From: Methanomassiliicoccaceae archaeon
GTDB taxonomy: Archaea > Thermoplasmatota > Thermoplasmata > Methanomassiliicoccales > Methanomassiliicoccaceae
Assembly (NCBI GenBank): GCA_040776945.1
Contig: JAXGZN010000001.1
Coordinates: forward strand, 288,001-352,000
Length of the DNA stretch: 64,000 bases
Direction: 5' to 3'
Shown one piece after another: positions 49,034-58,487 of the stretch. Each line of letters begins with the position of its first letter. The first letter of the stretch is position 1. Below the pieces are notes generated by a model that saw nothing but the letters and a program-made list of their open reading frames with translations, ran no database searches and was not told the origin of the DNA. The translations under genes and the position numbers were made by a program.

Positions 49034-49801
49034 GTGAGCATCGGACTTGCACCGGAGGGACAACTGGCACGTCAGAGGGAGTGGCTGGAGGAATCTTGGC
49101 TGTGGTTGCTCCGGACGCTGGTTCTGGACGAAGCACATGAGCGTTCTGGGAGACCAACGGCACTGGACGTGGGGTGCGGTCCAGGCCTGGTGATGGAGCT
49201 GCTTTCACCGTTCCTCGATGTCCAAGGGGTCGATGTCGATCCCGAGGCGGTCAGAGCGAGCGCCGCCCGTGGGACCATGGCCTCCGTGGCGAGAGCGGAG
49301 GAATTGCCTTTCGAGGACGACGCGTTCGATATCGTATATTGCTCATACCTGCTTCTATGGGTCGATGATCCCGAGGTCGTCGTCAGGGAAATGAAAAGAG
49401 TGTCCCGGAACTGGGTGATCTGCCTCGCCGAGCCGGACCATTCAGGTCGGATCTCCTATCCAGAAGGGCTGTCCGTTCTTGACGATCTGTTCGTAGCCTC
49501 TATTCGGGAGAAGGGCGCCGACCCGGCCATGGGGCGCAGGCTTAGACATATATTCGCCAAATGCGGCCTCGATCCCATTGCAGGGGTCCACGCCAACATG
49601 TGGATCGGCCCCACGCCTAAGGAGGAGACGGACGCCGAGTGGGTCTCCTTGACCTCCGGGACCGATCGCGAGAGCTTGGCCGAGCTGCAAGGGGTTTGGG
49701 AGAGGGCCGCGGCCGATGGCTCTTTGGTCCAATTCAACCCTGTGTTCTACGCCTTGGCCAGAAAGGGCCCGGTAGATCAGGGGCGGCTGATGCATGAGTA
49801 A
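49034..49801 (+). CDS. Class I SAM-dependent methyltransferase
   Basis: LDVGCGPG, GVDVD, AEELPFEDDAFDIV, EMKRV. Start uncertain (track start 48881). Confidence 0.85.
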   Translation: MSIGLAPEGQLARQREWLEESWLWLLRTLVLDEAHERSGRPTALDVGCGPGLVMELLSPFLDVQGVDVDPEAVRASAARGTMASVARAEELPFEDDAFDIVYCSYLLLWVDDPEVVVREMKRVSRNWVICLAEPDHSGRISYPEGLSVLDDLFVASIREKGADPAMGRRLRHIFAKCGLDPIAGVHANMWIGPTPKEETDAEWVSLTSGTDRESLAELQGVWERAAADGSLVQFNPVFYALARKGPVDQGRLMHE

Positions 49802-51117
49802 TCGCCGTTCTCCCTGGCCAGAGGACAGCCTCCTCCGCAGGTGTCCACCAGGAAACAACCAGCGCACTCGTCATCCAGATACCCTCTGTTGCGTATCTCA
49901 TTGCACAGCTCATTGTTCCATATGTACTCCCACTGGTCCCTGAGGATGTTGCCCAGCGGGCGGTAGTAGCTCTGGCAGGGCAAGACCGTTCCGTCCGGCT
50001 CCACTGCCATGTTCTGCGAGCATGCGGTGCATTGCTTAATGCCCAATCCCAGGCTCACCGGGTTCATCTGACAGTATGGGGTCGGGGTGAACCATATCAT
50101 CCGCGCTCCCGCGGCCTCCACCATCTCCTTCATCCTTATGAGGGTCTCCTCCAGATCACTGCAGTCGACGCCTTCGGTCCTCACTCCTTTGCCTGAGCGG
50201 ATGACGCTGTTGAACGAGATGTTCTTGACCCCGAGATCGATGAGGAACCTTGTCGTCCCCTCCATATCATCTATGTTGGATGCCATGATGGTGGTGTTGG
50301 TGCTGACGTACAGGTTCTCTCCCAGTGCGACCTTGAGCCCCTCTATGGTCTCCTTCCACGCCCCCGCCTTGCCGACCAGGCGATCGTGGACCTCCTGGCG
50401 ATGCGAAAGGACCGTTATCTGCACATGGTCCAGCCCCTTGGCGACCAGTTCGGCGAGATAGCCTGGGACCCGAAGGTACCGGCCGTTGGTCACGATCCCG
50501 GTGACCTGGCCATAGCTCTCCGAAAGAGCGATCAGATCACCCAGGTATGGCACCAGTGTCGGCTCCCCGCCGGTGAAGACGATGTGGGGCACGCCCAGGT
50601 TCCAGGTCTTGGCGATGACCTTGCGCCATTGCTTGGCCGTTAGCTCATTGAGCGTGCTCGGCTCGTTGTAGCAATGCAGACAGGCGTTTTGGCAATTGTA
50701 GGTGAGAGCAAGGTCCATGCGATATGGGGCATGGAAGCCGTCGGCCCCCTTGGTCGGCGATTCGGTCCCAATGACGTTTACCACGTCCTTGCTTCCTTGC
50801 AAATATTGCTCTAGCTGCCTCTCGATAAGTGCATAGTGGCTGGTGGCGGTGGCCCGCTCCAGTTTATTGTATCTTCTGGACATATAGATGAACATCTCAT
50901 CCTCAGAGCGCCCCTCCAGCAGGCATCGTGCATAGTCAAGCGCGGTTCCGTTTAGCACGATCAGGTGGGAGGCGTCGATGATCAGCATGCCCTTGTGGTC
51001 GGCATCCACCCTCAAATGGAAGCGATGCCCCTTCAGCTTTCCCCTCCCGTCATACTTCCATACTCCAGGAGACAGGCCTTTTCCGGTAAGCTCGGCCCAT
51101 TTGCGGCCCAGTGACAT
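49777..51117 (-). CDS. Radical SAM/SPASM enzyme with N-terminal PqqD/RRE-like domain
   Basis: CQNACLHC, FTGGEP, TNG. SPASM Cys set CTAC..DGTVLPC..CAGCFLVDTCGGGCP. N-terminal LNGTA..LEGRSEDE..RRY wHTH. ATG 51117 overlaps the upstream TGA. Confidence 0.9.
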   Translation of the reverse strand: MSLGRKWAELTGKGLSPGVWKYDGRGKLKGHRFHLRVDADHKGMLIIDASHLIVLNGTALDYARCLLEGRSEDEMFIYMSRRYNKLERATATSHYALIERQLEQYLQGSKDVVNVIGTESPTKGADGFHAPYRMDLALTYNCQNACLHCYNEPSTLNELTAKQWRKVIAKTWNLGVPHIVFTGGEPTLVPYLGDLIALSESYGQVTGIVTNGRYLRVPGYLAELVAKGLDHVQITVLSHRQEVHDRLVGKAGAWKETIEGLKVALGENLYVSTNTTIMASNIDDMEGTTRFLIDLGVKNISFNSVIRSGKGVRTEGVDCSDLEETLIRMKEMVEAAGARMIWFTPTPYCQMNPVSLGLGIKQCTACSQNMAVEPDGTVLPCQSYYRPLGNILRDQWEYIWNNELCNEIRNRGYLDDECAGCFLVDTCGGGCPLARENGDYSCISRP

Positions 51118-52802
51118 CAGCGCCCACCTCCGGCACAGGCACAGGCGCAAGCGCAGGCACAGGCGCAGCTATGGCCGCCCCCGCCACCTCCGAACCCTCC
51201 GCTGGACGCAGAGGTGGAGGTAGCGGGGATAGGATTGGTGAAAGGCGTAACCTGCCTCGCAAGCCCTTTGATGTCATTGACCAGGTTGCTGCTGGTGGCC
51301 TTTACCTTGCTGACATAGTCCTGGGCGATGTTGCCGCCGCCCTGCGTGGGAAAGCCGGGGACCTGGGACCCTGAGGTTGTCCTGGGACCGCTGGCGGTGC
51401 CTGAACCAGGGGCACTAGTATGGCCGATGAGGACAGGAAGCGGGAACACCGTCCTGCGCATCCGACCCTCATAATCATTGTCGATCATCATCCAGTCGTT
51501 CCTCTCGTTCAGGACGGATGCGATCTCCTCGGGCGTCTTGGAATCGATCACCTGCCTCCAAGCAGTTTCAACGATAGTTCGGTAATAGTTCTGCGTGGCG
51601 TTGAAGTCGAAGCCCTCCACCTTCTTGGAGGTCGCCTTGATAAGGTCCACAAGGCAGATCCTCAGCATATTGCGGTCCATGGTTCCGTCCGGCCTGATCG
51701 CCCCTAGGTACGCGTTCTCATATGCGTGCTCCCCGGTCTCCGATAGCTTCTGCAGGCGCATCGGCAGCGATTCCGAGAGCACTTTGACCTTACCTTTCCT
51801 GATGAGACCAAAAAGGACCATGGTGGCGACATCCTCCAGAGGACGTTCCATGATTATCGCCGCCTCCACCGCGGTAAGGTCCCTCCTAGGGCCAGCACCT
51901 ACCACGCTCAGCTTTGGATCGAAGTAGTCCTCTCGCCGCTTGGCCGCGCTGCGGACCGCGGATATCATGCCCCCAATGATTATCGCGATGAAGGTCAGTG
52001 GGAACAGCAGGCATGTAAGGGCGATCATGTCGTCGATTATGTTGCCTCCGCCGCCGAGGTTGGGATCGGTGGTCGGATCATAATGGACCTGTACATAACT
52101 GGCGGGGAAACCCACGCCGACGTCAAAGGCCCCCCTGGCCTGGTCCTTCGGGTTCACCCCGGTGGCCTCCCATGCAACGACTCCTCGTCCTAGGGAGCTG
52201 TCGAAGTAAGCGGCGTTGAACGGCTGGTTCTCCAACCAGGTGGTTTCGTTGAGGTCGGTCATGCCGGCCGGCAGGATGATGGAGGCGTTCAGCAGACCGG
52301 TGTTCCCGACCTGAAGTTCGGTATCGAACCAGGTAGGTGTGAAGGCGACCCCTGCCCGGTCGGCCACCTGTGGGTCGGAGTAGACCATATGTGGATTATT
52401 GATGTGGAGGTAGAGAGCGAACGAGCCTCCGCCCTGCACCTCTGATACGGTCGCAGGATCGAGCTCCACCGCGATCCCGGGATGCACATATGATGAGTCG
52501 TGTATCTGCCGCGGACTGCGTTCATGGCCGTTCACAACAATGCGCGCGGACGCTGTCGATAGGTCATAAAGGCTGTTGGGCATGCCAACATCCACACCGT
52601 CCAGGTAGCCGATGTTGGTGAAAACGAACTTATAATCTATGTCCACGCTGCCGTCCTGCATGACAGTTACATTGACCCTTTCCTCTGATACAGAGAAGGA
52701 ATAATCCTGAGCCGATGCGATACTGACCGGACCGGTCGGCAGAAGAGACATCATCGCCAGGGCGACGATGGCCAGCATCAACAGCGCTCGCCCCTTTACC
52801 AT
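51117..52802 (-). CDS. Secreted/membrane protein (DUF2207-like) with C-terminal GGGGHS(CA)6GGGR tail
   Basis: Signal peptide, extracellular beta domain (VTVMQDGSVDIDY), one internal TM helix, cytoplasmic domain, Gly/Ser linker then CACACACACACAGGGR. Start refined to ATG 52802. Confidence 0.85.
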   Translation of the reverse strand: MVKGRALLMLAIVALAMMSLLPTGPVSIASAQDYSFSVSEERVNVTVMQDGSVDIDYKFVFTNIGYLDGVDVGMPNSLYDLSTASARIVVNGHERSPRQIHDSSYVHPGIAVELDPATVSEVQGGGSFALYLHINNPHMVYSDPQVADRAGVAFTPTWFDTELQVGNTGLLNASIILPAGMTDLNETTWLENQPFNAAYFDSSLGRGVVAWEATGVNPKDQARGAFDVGVGFPASYVQVHYDPTTDPNLGGGGNIIDDMIALTCLLFPLTFIAIIIGGMISAVRSAAKRREDYFDPKLSVVGAGPRRDLTAVEAAIIMERPLEDVATMVLFGLIRKGKVKVLSESLPMRLQKLSETGEHAYENAYLGAIRPDGTMDRNMLRICLVDLIKATSKKVEGFDFNATQNYYRTIVETAWRQVIDSKTPEEIASVLNERNDWMMIDNDYEGRMRRTVFPLPVLIGHTSAPGSGTASGPRTTSGSQVPGFPTQGGGNIAQDYVSKVKATSSNLVNDIKGLARQVTPFTNPIPATSTSASSGGFGGGGGGHSCACACACACACAGGGR

Positions 52803-53164
52803 CTGGGAGCCTCCTCCAGCGCATAGACGGTGCCACAGTAGGGGCATTTGACCATCACGCCCCCTTGGACCACGCGGAGGTCCTTGTCCTCAAGCGGGGC
52901 CCCGCAGGAGCGGCAGGTGAGCTGTTTCTGATCGAGCTTTCCCGAACCGCTCATCTGAACGTTGAAGGTCTGATTGATCAGTTTAGGCTTGGCCGCCTCG
53001 ATCTTCTCCACTCGGTAGATATAGAACAATAGTCCGGCGGCAACGATCGTCATGACCGCCCCGGCAGCAATGTTCTCGATTCCATCGGCGATGATAAATA
53101 CGCCGCCCAGTAAGATCAGGAATATCGCTAGGACAGTGATCAGGCCGCTCATCAGCTTGCTCAT
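52796..53164 (-). CDS. Two-TM protein with C-terminal zinc ribbon
   Basis: Two hydrophobic helices then CRSCGAPL...KCPYCGT. Overlaps the start of the downstream gene. Confidence 0.8.
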   Translation of the reverse strand: MSKLMSGLITVLAIFLILLGGVFIIADGIENIAAGAVMTIVAAGLLFYIYRVEKIEAAKPKLINQTFNVQMSGSGKLDQKQLTCRSCGAPLEDKDLRVVQGGVMVKCPYCGTVYALEEAPRW

Positions 53165-53634
53165 ATGTTCCCTTGTAAAGGCAATCGTCCGACCATCTCT
53201 TAAAGCTAGTTACCAGTATGCCGGCCATATGCCGATGGGCTTGGTACGAGGGACCCGAACGCCACAGACGGACTTACTGTCGTTGGACGGGCCTGGTTCT
53301 GGAGGCGACCCCAGGCGTGAAAGGGCCGTTCCATTTTAGGCCGTTGGAATGGAGGACGAACGGGCGTTCCCGCTCGACCCATAAGGTCACCTTTCTCGAA
53401 CCAGGACCTCGCCCGTGGTCACCTTGGACATGCGGACCATAGTGCCGGACCATTTATCACAAAGGGTCCCAATCATGCTCTGTGGCATTGCGTTGGAGAG
53501 TAATTATCAAATTTCAAAATAAATCTGGCTCCTCGTAATTAATCATTATCTCAAGTGATAATCGTATGCAAAACCTCTTGAAATATCCCGTTTTGGTTGG
53601 AGCACAGCTCTGTCGAAACAGAGAGGGATGCCTA

Positions 53635-55710
53635 TTGGAAAGAAAAATAAGCAAACTAGCGGCAGCTATGGCGGTAATGGCCCTTTTATTACCGGGATTG
53701 CTGCTGGTGTCCAACATTCCGACCTCTTCGGCCGCTGCTCCCGACATACCTGAGATCGGGAGAGTGACCGTATCTGGCACTGACATCCTTGTGGACGGCA
53801 AGAGGCCGAACCACCAGTTCTACGGGGTGGTGGACACAACCGCCCTGGCGTTCGCGATCGAGGCGTACATCTATGGCAACCGCAATGTGGCCGGATGGAC
53901 CTCGGTGTTCAATGCTCCTGACACGGGGAAGCATGTCCCGGTGACCCCGAACGACACTCCAGACGCGTTCTGGAACCAGTACTTCGCCCAGATGAAGCAC
54001 TATGGGGTCAACCTCGTGCGCATCGGCGCTGGGGACAGCTGGGGGACCGAGCACCAGTACAAGGCCTGGAAGAACTACCAGGACGAGTACTTTGACCTGC
54101 TTCACAGCATGAGCTATTACGCTCAGGCCAACGGGGTATGGTTGTGCTTCGTTTTGGCCGGCGCTCAGGAATATCCGACCTACCACTACTATGGAACGGG
54201 CAGTGTGTTCGATCCGTCCTCTTCGGCCTTCGCCAACTACATCGAGTACTCAAGATCGACGATGGTGGAACTGGAGAACGAGAACGCGATCGCTATGTAC
54301 GACATGTTCAACGAGCCTGACCACAACAACGTGAACACATACTACTGGCACGGGAACAAGGTCCAGTACAACCAATGGTCCAAGGCGGTGGATGCGTCGA
54401 CCGCTGGCGTCAGCGGTCACCCTCGCACCTTGGGTGTGGCTGGTTTCGGCAATCTGTTCGGGATGACCAAGCGTGATTTCGATCTCGCCACCGGTGACGC
54501 TGGCTTCGAGATCCTCCACCGGCACTATTACGGCTCGAACGCCGACCCGACAAACTTTGCGCTGCCCGAGGAGTGGGCCAAGGACGCCGGCAAACCACTG
54601 CTCTGGGGCGAGCTGGCCAACAACGGCCCATACCCGCTGATCAGGTACGACTATGGTGAAAAGGCGATCTGGAAGGCAGGGGGCCAGGCCATCACCTCGA
54701 TGGTGCTGACCGGCACCCCCGGCTACCCGTATTACGGAGGCGTCTCTGGCGCCCAGGTGGCGCCCAGACCATCCGATTGGAAGGGGGACCATTCCAGTTC
54801 GGCCGCCGCCTTGGCCCTGGACTTCACCTCCACGCCCTCCAAGACGGACAAGGTGGGCTCCCGCTACGAATATAAGGTGACCGGCAACAAGAAAGCGACC
54901 ATAGATGTGGACACCAATGCCTCTTTCCTCCTATTCGACAAGAGGGATGAGGTCATTCGAGGTATACCCGGAACGGCCGGAACATACGCCGTCAGGGTGA
55001 CCATGGAGGCGGACGGGCAGAAGGTCCAGCAGGAGTATGAGTTGGTGATCGAAGCTGATCCTGAGAAGGGGACCGCTGAGATAGTGGCCATAGAGCTCGG
55101 GGCCAACAGATACAGCTTCTCCTACCGAGCCGATCTTGGCGATGGTCCTGTGTCGTCTTCCCATTGGGACTTCGGTGATGGCACGACTTCGTCCGAGCCT
55201 GCACCGGTGCACGCCTTCCCCGAGGGAGAGCATCTCGTTACCCTCACCTTGACCGGTGAGAACGGCACCATGCTCAACACAACATATGGGGTGGATGACA
55301 GCAAAGAGAGCGCCGCTCCTGGCGCTGGGTCCGGCCAGTCCATCGCCGGCGCCGTTGGATGGGGCACCACCAGCTCGGCCCTAATGGTCGTTGGCCTGGT
55401 GTGTGCTTCGGTCATCGGAATAGCGGGCTACCTCAGTGTGAGCCGCGGAGGAGGCCATTCGTACCGCCACCATAAGAGTGTGAGGTTCCCTGATCCCCGC
55501 ACGGCCGTGGGGTTCGGCAAGACCACCCTCATGTTGCTGAAGGAGATGAACTACCCTGATCGGAAGCTGATAAGGGACCTCTGCCTCTATCTCTTGAAAC
55601 AGGTCAGGACCAGAGGCTTCAGCTTGGTGATCTCGGTCAAGGACCAGGCCCTGGATGGTTTCAGGTTGATAATGGATACCGCTGCCAAGCACCTTCGCCC
55701 TCGGAAGTGA
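53635..55710 (+). CDS. Membrane-anchored glycoside hydrolase clan A (GH5-like) with Ig-like and PKD domains
   Basis: Signal peptide, GVNLVRI, YDMFNEP acid/base, HRHYY, KPLLWGE nucleophile, GIPGTAGTYAVRVT Ig-like, WDFGDG PKD, TM helix. TTG 53635 has an RBS. Confidence 0.8.
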   Translation: MERKISKLAAAMAVMALLLPGLLLVSNIPTSSAAAPDIPEIGRVTVSGTDILVDGKRPNHQFYGVVDTTALAFAIEAYIYGNRNVAGWTSVFNAPDTGKHVPVTPNDTPDAFWNQYFAQMKHYGVNLVRIGAGDSWGTEHQYKAWKNYQDEYFDLLHSMSYYAQANGVWLCFVLAGAQEYPTYHYYGTGSVFDPSSSAFANYIEYSRSTMVELENENAIAMYDMFNEPDHNNVNTYYWHGNKVQYNQWSKAVDASTAGVSGHPRTLGVAGFGNLFGMTKRDFDLATGDAGFEILHRHYYGSNADPTNFALPEEWAKDAGKPLLWGELANNGPYPLIRYDYGEKAIWKAGGQAITSMVLTGTPGYPYYGGVSGAQVAPRPSDWKGDHSSSAAALALDFTSTPSKTDKVGSRYEYKVTGNKKATIDVDTNASFLLFDKRDEVIRGIPGTAGTYAVRVTMEADGQKVQQEYELVIEADPEKGTAEIVAIELGANRYSFSYRADLGDGPVSSSHWDFGDGTTSSEPAPVHAFPEGEHLVTLTLTGENGTMLNTTYGVDDSKESAAPGAGSGQSIAGAVGWGTTSSALMVVGLVCASVIGIAGYLSVSRGGGHSYRHHKSVRFPDPRTAVGFGKTTLMLLKEMNYPDRKLIRDLCLYLLKQVRTRGFSLVISVKDQALDGFRLIMDTAAKHLRPRK

Positions 55711-56225
55711 AAACCCCTTCCTCTTATTTTTCATTCTACCCTTTTTCTCTCCAAACCGTTCGAACCCTAACCATCTTGCCGCATCCATGGGTGGATAGCT
55801 GGAGCGGTCGTAAAAGCGGCCCCGATGGTATTGAGGGACCTCCCCGCACCGTTCGAGATGAATGCGGCTTAAGCATACCAGGCCGACCTCGAGGTTGTGG
55901 CCAATTGTGCCCAGTAAATCGTGAGAAGGTCGCCTTATGAAGAGCTGCGGAGGCGCAATATGGACATGAAAATGCTTGACCGTGCGAGCATCGCCAGGGA
56001 AACGTCCACCATCTTTCCTGCCTGCGGCCCCTTGGTTGCCTGCGGTGGATGTCAATTGGCTATCAGTGACCTGCAGCCAGATAAGGGAGGTCGATCCGGC
56101 TTGCCCCTGCGAGATGGCTTTCTGACCAACGACCTTTGGTCCTCGATGTCGCTTCGTTACCATACGATGGAACGAACCCCAAAATATGTGAACCTTGCGC
56201 GCGGTCCTGGCATAGGTGCTCTCCC

Positions 56226-57086
56226 TTGTCATATCTTAGGGCCAACGGCGTGGTGCTGAACGTAGAGGTCCGTGGACGGGGCGAGCCGACGGTGCTCATA
56301 TCCGACATCGGTGAGGATCTGACCTCTTGGTGCTATCAGGCAAGGACGTTCGGAAGCCTTCACTTCCTGCTGCAACTAGACAATCGGGGTTCCGGGCGGT
56401 CCGATTGTCCGCCCGAGGGGTGCTCCATCAAAGACATGGCCAAGGATGTGTTGAGCGCGATGGACCTAATCGGAGTGGACAAAGCTCATTTGGTAGGCCT
56501 GGGGCTCGGAGGGATGATAGCACAGATGATAGCGCTCCTGCGCCCTGGACGGGTGGGCGGCCTGGTGTTGGTATCGACCTCCAGCAGAGCGACCGAAGAG
56601 CAGAGGGAGGTCTATGAAAAGTGGGTCCGGTCGGCCAATGACGGTCATGATCGTCGGGAGATAAGCAGGAACATAGTGCCATGGCTATATTCGTCCTGGT
56701 TCCTGGAGAACGAACGCTGGAGGGAGTTCGTCATCAAGGCCCGAGGATCTCGATATGGTCAGACCTGTTGGGAAGGCGCCGCGGCGCAGCTGAAGGCGAT
56801 GCTTGATTTCGACTCGAGCGAGCGGCTTGGAGACATAGCCTCCCCGACACTGGTCGTCTCTGGCAGCGAGGACCGTATCACTCCGCCGGAATGTTCGAAG
56901 AGCATCCATGCCGGCATAAAGGGCTCCAGGCACCTTCAGCTGAGAGCGGGGCATCTTCTCCATGTAGAGCTGCCGAGGTCTTTCAACCAAGCTGTTCTGG
57001 GTTTTCTAGCGGAGGTCGAGGGATGCCCGGCCCCAGACCTGGGGCCAGGACCCCCTCTGCCTTGCGGAGGGTGCCTGGGACTGTGA
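56226..57086 (+). CDS. Alpha/beta hydrolase-fold protein lacking the nucleophile Ser
   Basis: DNRGSGRS, nucleophile elbow GLGLGG instead of GxSxG, PTLVVSGSED, AGHLLH. TTG 56226 has an AGGTG RBS. Confidence 0.85.
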   Translation: MSYLRANGVVLNVEVRGRGEPTVLISDIGEDLTSWCYQARTFGSLHFLLQLDNRGSGRSDCPPEGCSIKDMAKDVLSAMDLIGVDKAHLVGLGLGGMIAQMIALLRPGRVGGLVLVSTSSRATEEQREVYEKWVRSANDGHDRREISRNIVPWLYSSWFLENERWREFVIKARGSRYGQTCWEGAAAQLKAMLDFDSSERLGDIASPTLVVSGSEDRITPPECSKSIHAGIKGSRHLQLRAGHLLHVELPRSFNQAVLGFLAEVEGCPAPDLGPGPPLPCGGCLGL

Positions 57087-57655
57087 TCTGGGTCCGCTCT
57101 TCCGGCAGGGGCCGCAGCGACCAGCGGCATCACAGGCATGCGTCCGCCTTGTCCCAGACCACGTTCCATCGCCTACAGCTCGTTAGGGGATGCCGCTCAT
57201 CCCCTGAGAACACCCTGCTACGTCTGTTCATATGGCATTCCGCGTATCATCTCGCCGTGTGGGGAGCGTTGACAGCGCCCCTTTGGTCCCGGGGGCTCAC
57301 TGTCATAATGCCCTTCACTGCCCAGACCCCCCCCCTCGTTAGTCCGCGGACCTTTTCCACCGGCATAGGCTGTCGCGAACTCCCTCCGAGCATCTGGCTG
57401 GTCCGCAGGAGGTGCTCCGCCCAGTGGATGGGTCGCTCCTCTTCCGCGTCCCCTTTGCTCTGTTGGCCGACCGTGGGCGAGCCTCCAGGCCCGTGATATT
57501 TTGCTCCTCGAGCATTCAATACGACCGTTCCGCAACGTGCATTATCACCGGATCGGATGGTGGTCACTGGCCATGCCTTGTTCTTCCGGGCGGGAGCGAA
57601 GCGTGGCAGGCGGTCTTTATTTGAATGACGAGCGCTTTCCCTGACGGGATAGAAC

Positions 57656-58360
57656 ATGGCGGTCCGCAAGATCATCGAGATTGACGAGGCATTGTGCAAT
57701 GGCTGCGGCAAGTGCGTGGAAGCATGTGCCGAAGGCGCGATTGAGATCAGGGATGGAAAGGCAAGGGTCGTCCGAGACATGTTCTGCGACGGGTTGGGCG
57801 CATGCCTGGGCAACTGCCCCCAAGGGGCTCTGAGGATCGTGGAGCGGGAGGCGGAGCCGTTCGATGAGGAGGCGGCGATGAGATACGTCGAGTCCAAGAA
57901 AAGGAACGCGGAATGCGGCTGCCCTTCGGCGGTGCCTATGGTCATGAAGCCTATGGCCGGACCGGTCACTCCGGTCGGGGAGGGCTCCGAGCTGACCAAC
58001 TGGCCTATACAGATGCGACTCGTCTCCCCGAACGCACCGTACTTCAAGGATGCGAAGCTCCTTCTGGCCGGTGATTGCACGGCATTCGCCTTTGCTGCCA
58101 TGCATCCTTCGTTCATCAGGGACCGAACCACGGTCATAGGATGCCCCAAGCTCGATGATAACGAGGAGTTCATCGAAAAACTGGCGTCGATCCTAAAAGC
58201 AAACTCGATCAAGGAGATCACCGTGGTGCATATGGAAGTACCCTGCTGCGGGCAGATGAAACGGCTCGTCCACGAAGCTCGCAAGAGGGCGAACAGCTCG
58301 GTCCCGGTAATCTCCTACACAGTTAGGAGGACAGGCGTTATGGTTAAGGATGAGGCCTGA
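57656..58360 (+). CDS. 4Fe-4S dicluster ferredoxin-domain iron-sulfur protein
   Basis: CNGCGKCVEAC, CDGLGACLGNCP, NWPIQ, GDC, GCPKLDD, MEVPCC. Confidence 0.88.
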   Translation: MAVRKIIEIDEALCNGCGKCVEACAEGAIEIRDGKARVVRDMFCDGLGACLGNCPQGALRIVEREAEPFDEEAAMRYVESKKRNAECGCPSAVPMVMKPMAGPVTPVGEGSELTNWPIQMRLVSPNAPYFKDAKLLLAGDCTAFAFAAMHPSFIRDRTTVIGCPKLDDNEEFIEKLASILKANSIKEITVVHMEVPCCGQMKRLVHEARKRANSSVPVISYTVRRTGVMVKDEA

Positions 58361-58487
58361 TCCATCCATCATCCAGATAGAGTTGGATATATAATCCAAC
58401 TCTCACTGACCCTGGAAAACCGATATATACTCCTAGCTGTCGTGCACCGAACGTGGTTGGATGGACCATCCAACCGAGGGTGGCAAC

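Noticed and set aside
51132-51168. GGCACA-like hexamer repeat as a microsatellite or CRISPR-like repeat
   Set aside because: It encodes the Cys-Ala tail with varied synonymous codons and has no spacers. Treated as a protein feature.
52796-53164. Zn-binding small proteins (this one, 29399-29569, 61476-61670) as the missing RING E3
   Set aside because: Each has only four Cys in simple ribbon spacing rather than the eight-ligand cross-brace RING, and all lie far from the Ubl operon.
55921-56259. 112-aa ORF with CGPLVACGGC as a possible rSAM precursor peptide
   Set aside because: It is on the opposite strand, about 5 kb from the rSAM, overlaps the hydrolase start and has no leader-like features.
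57087-57650. Hydrophobic fragments suggestive of a decayed transporter gene
   Set aside because: No coherent frame, start or family motif.
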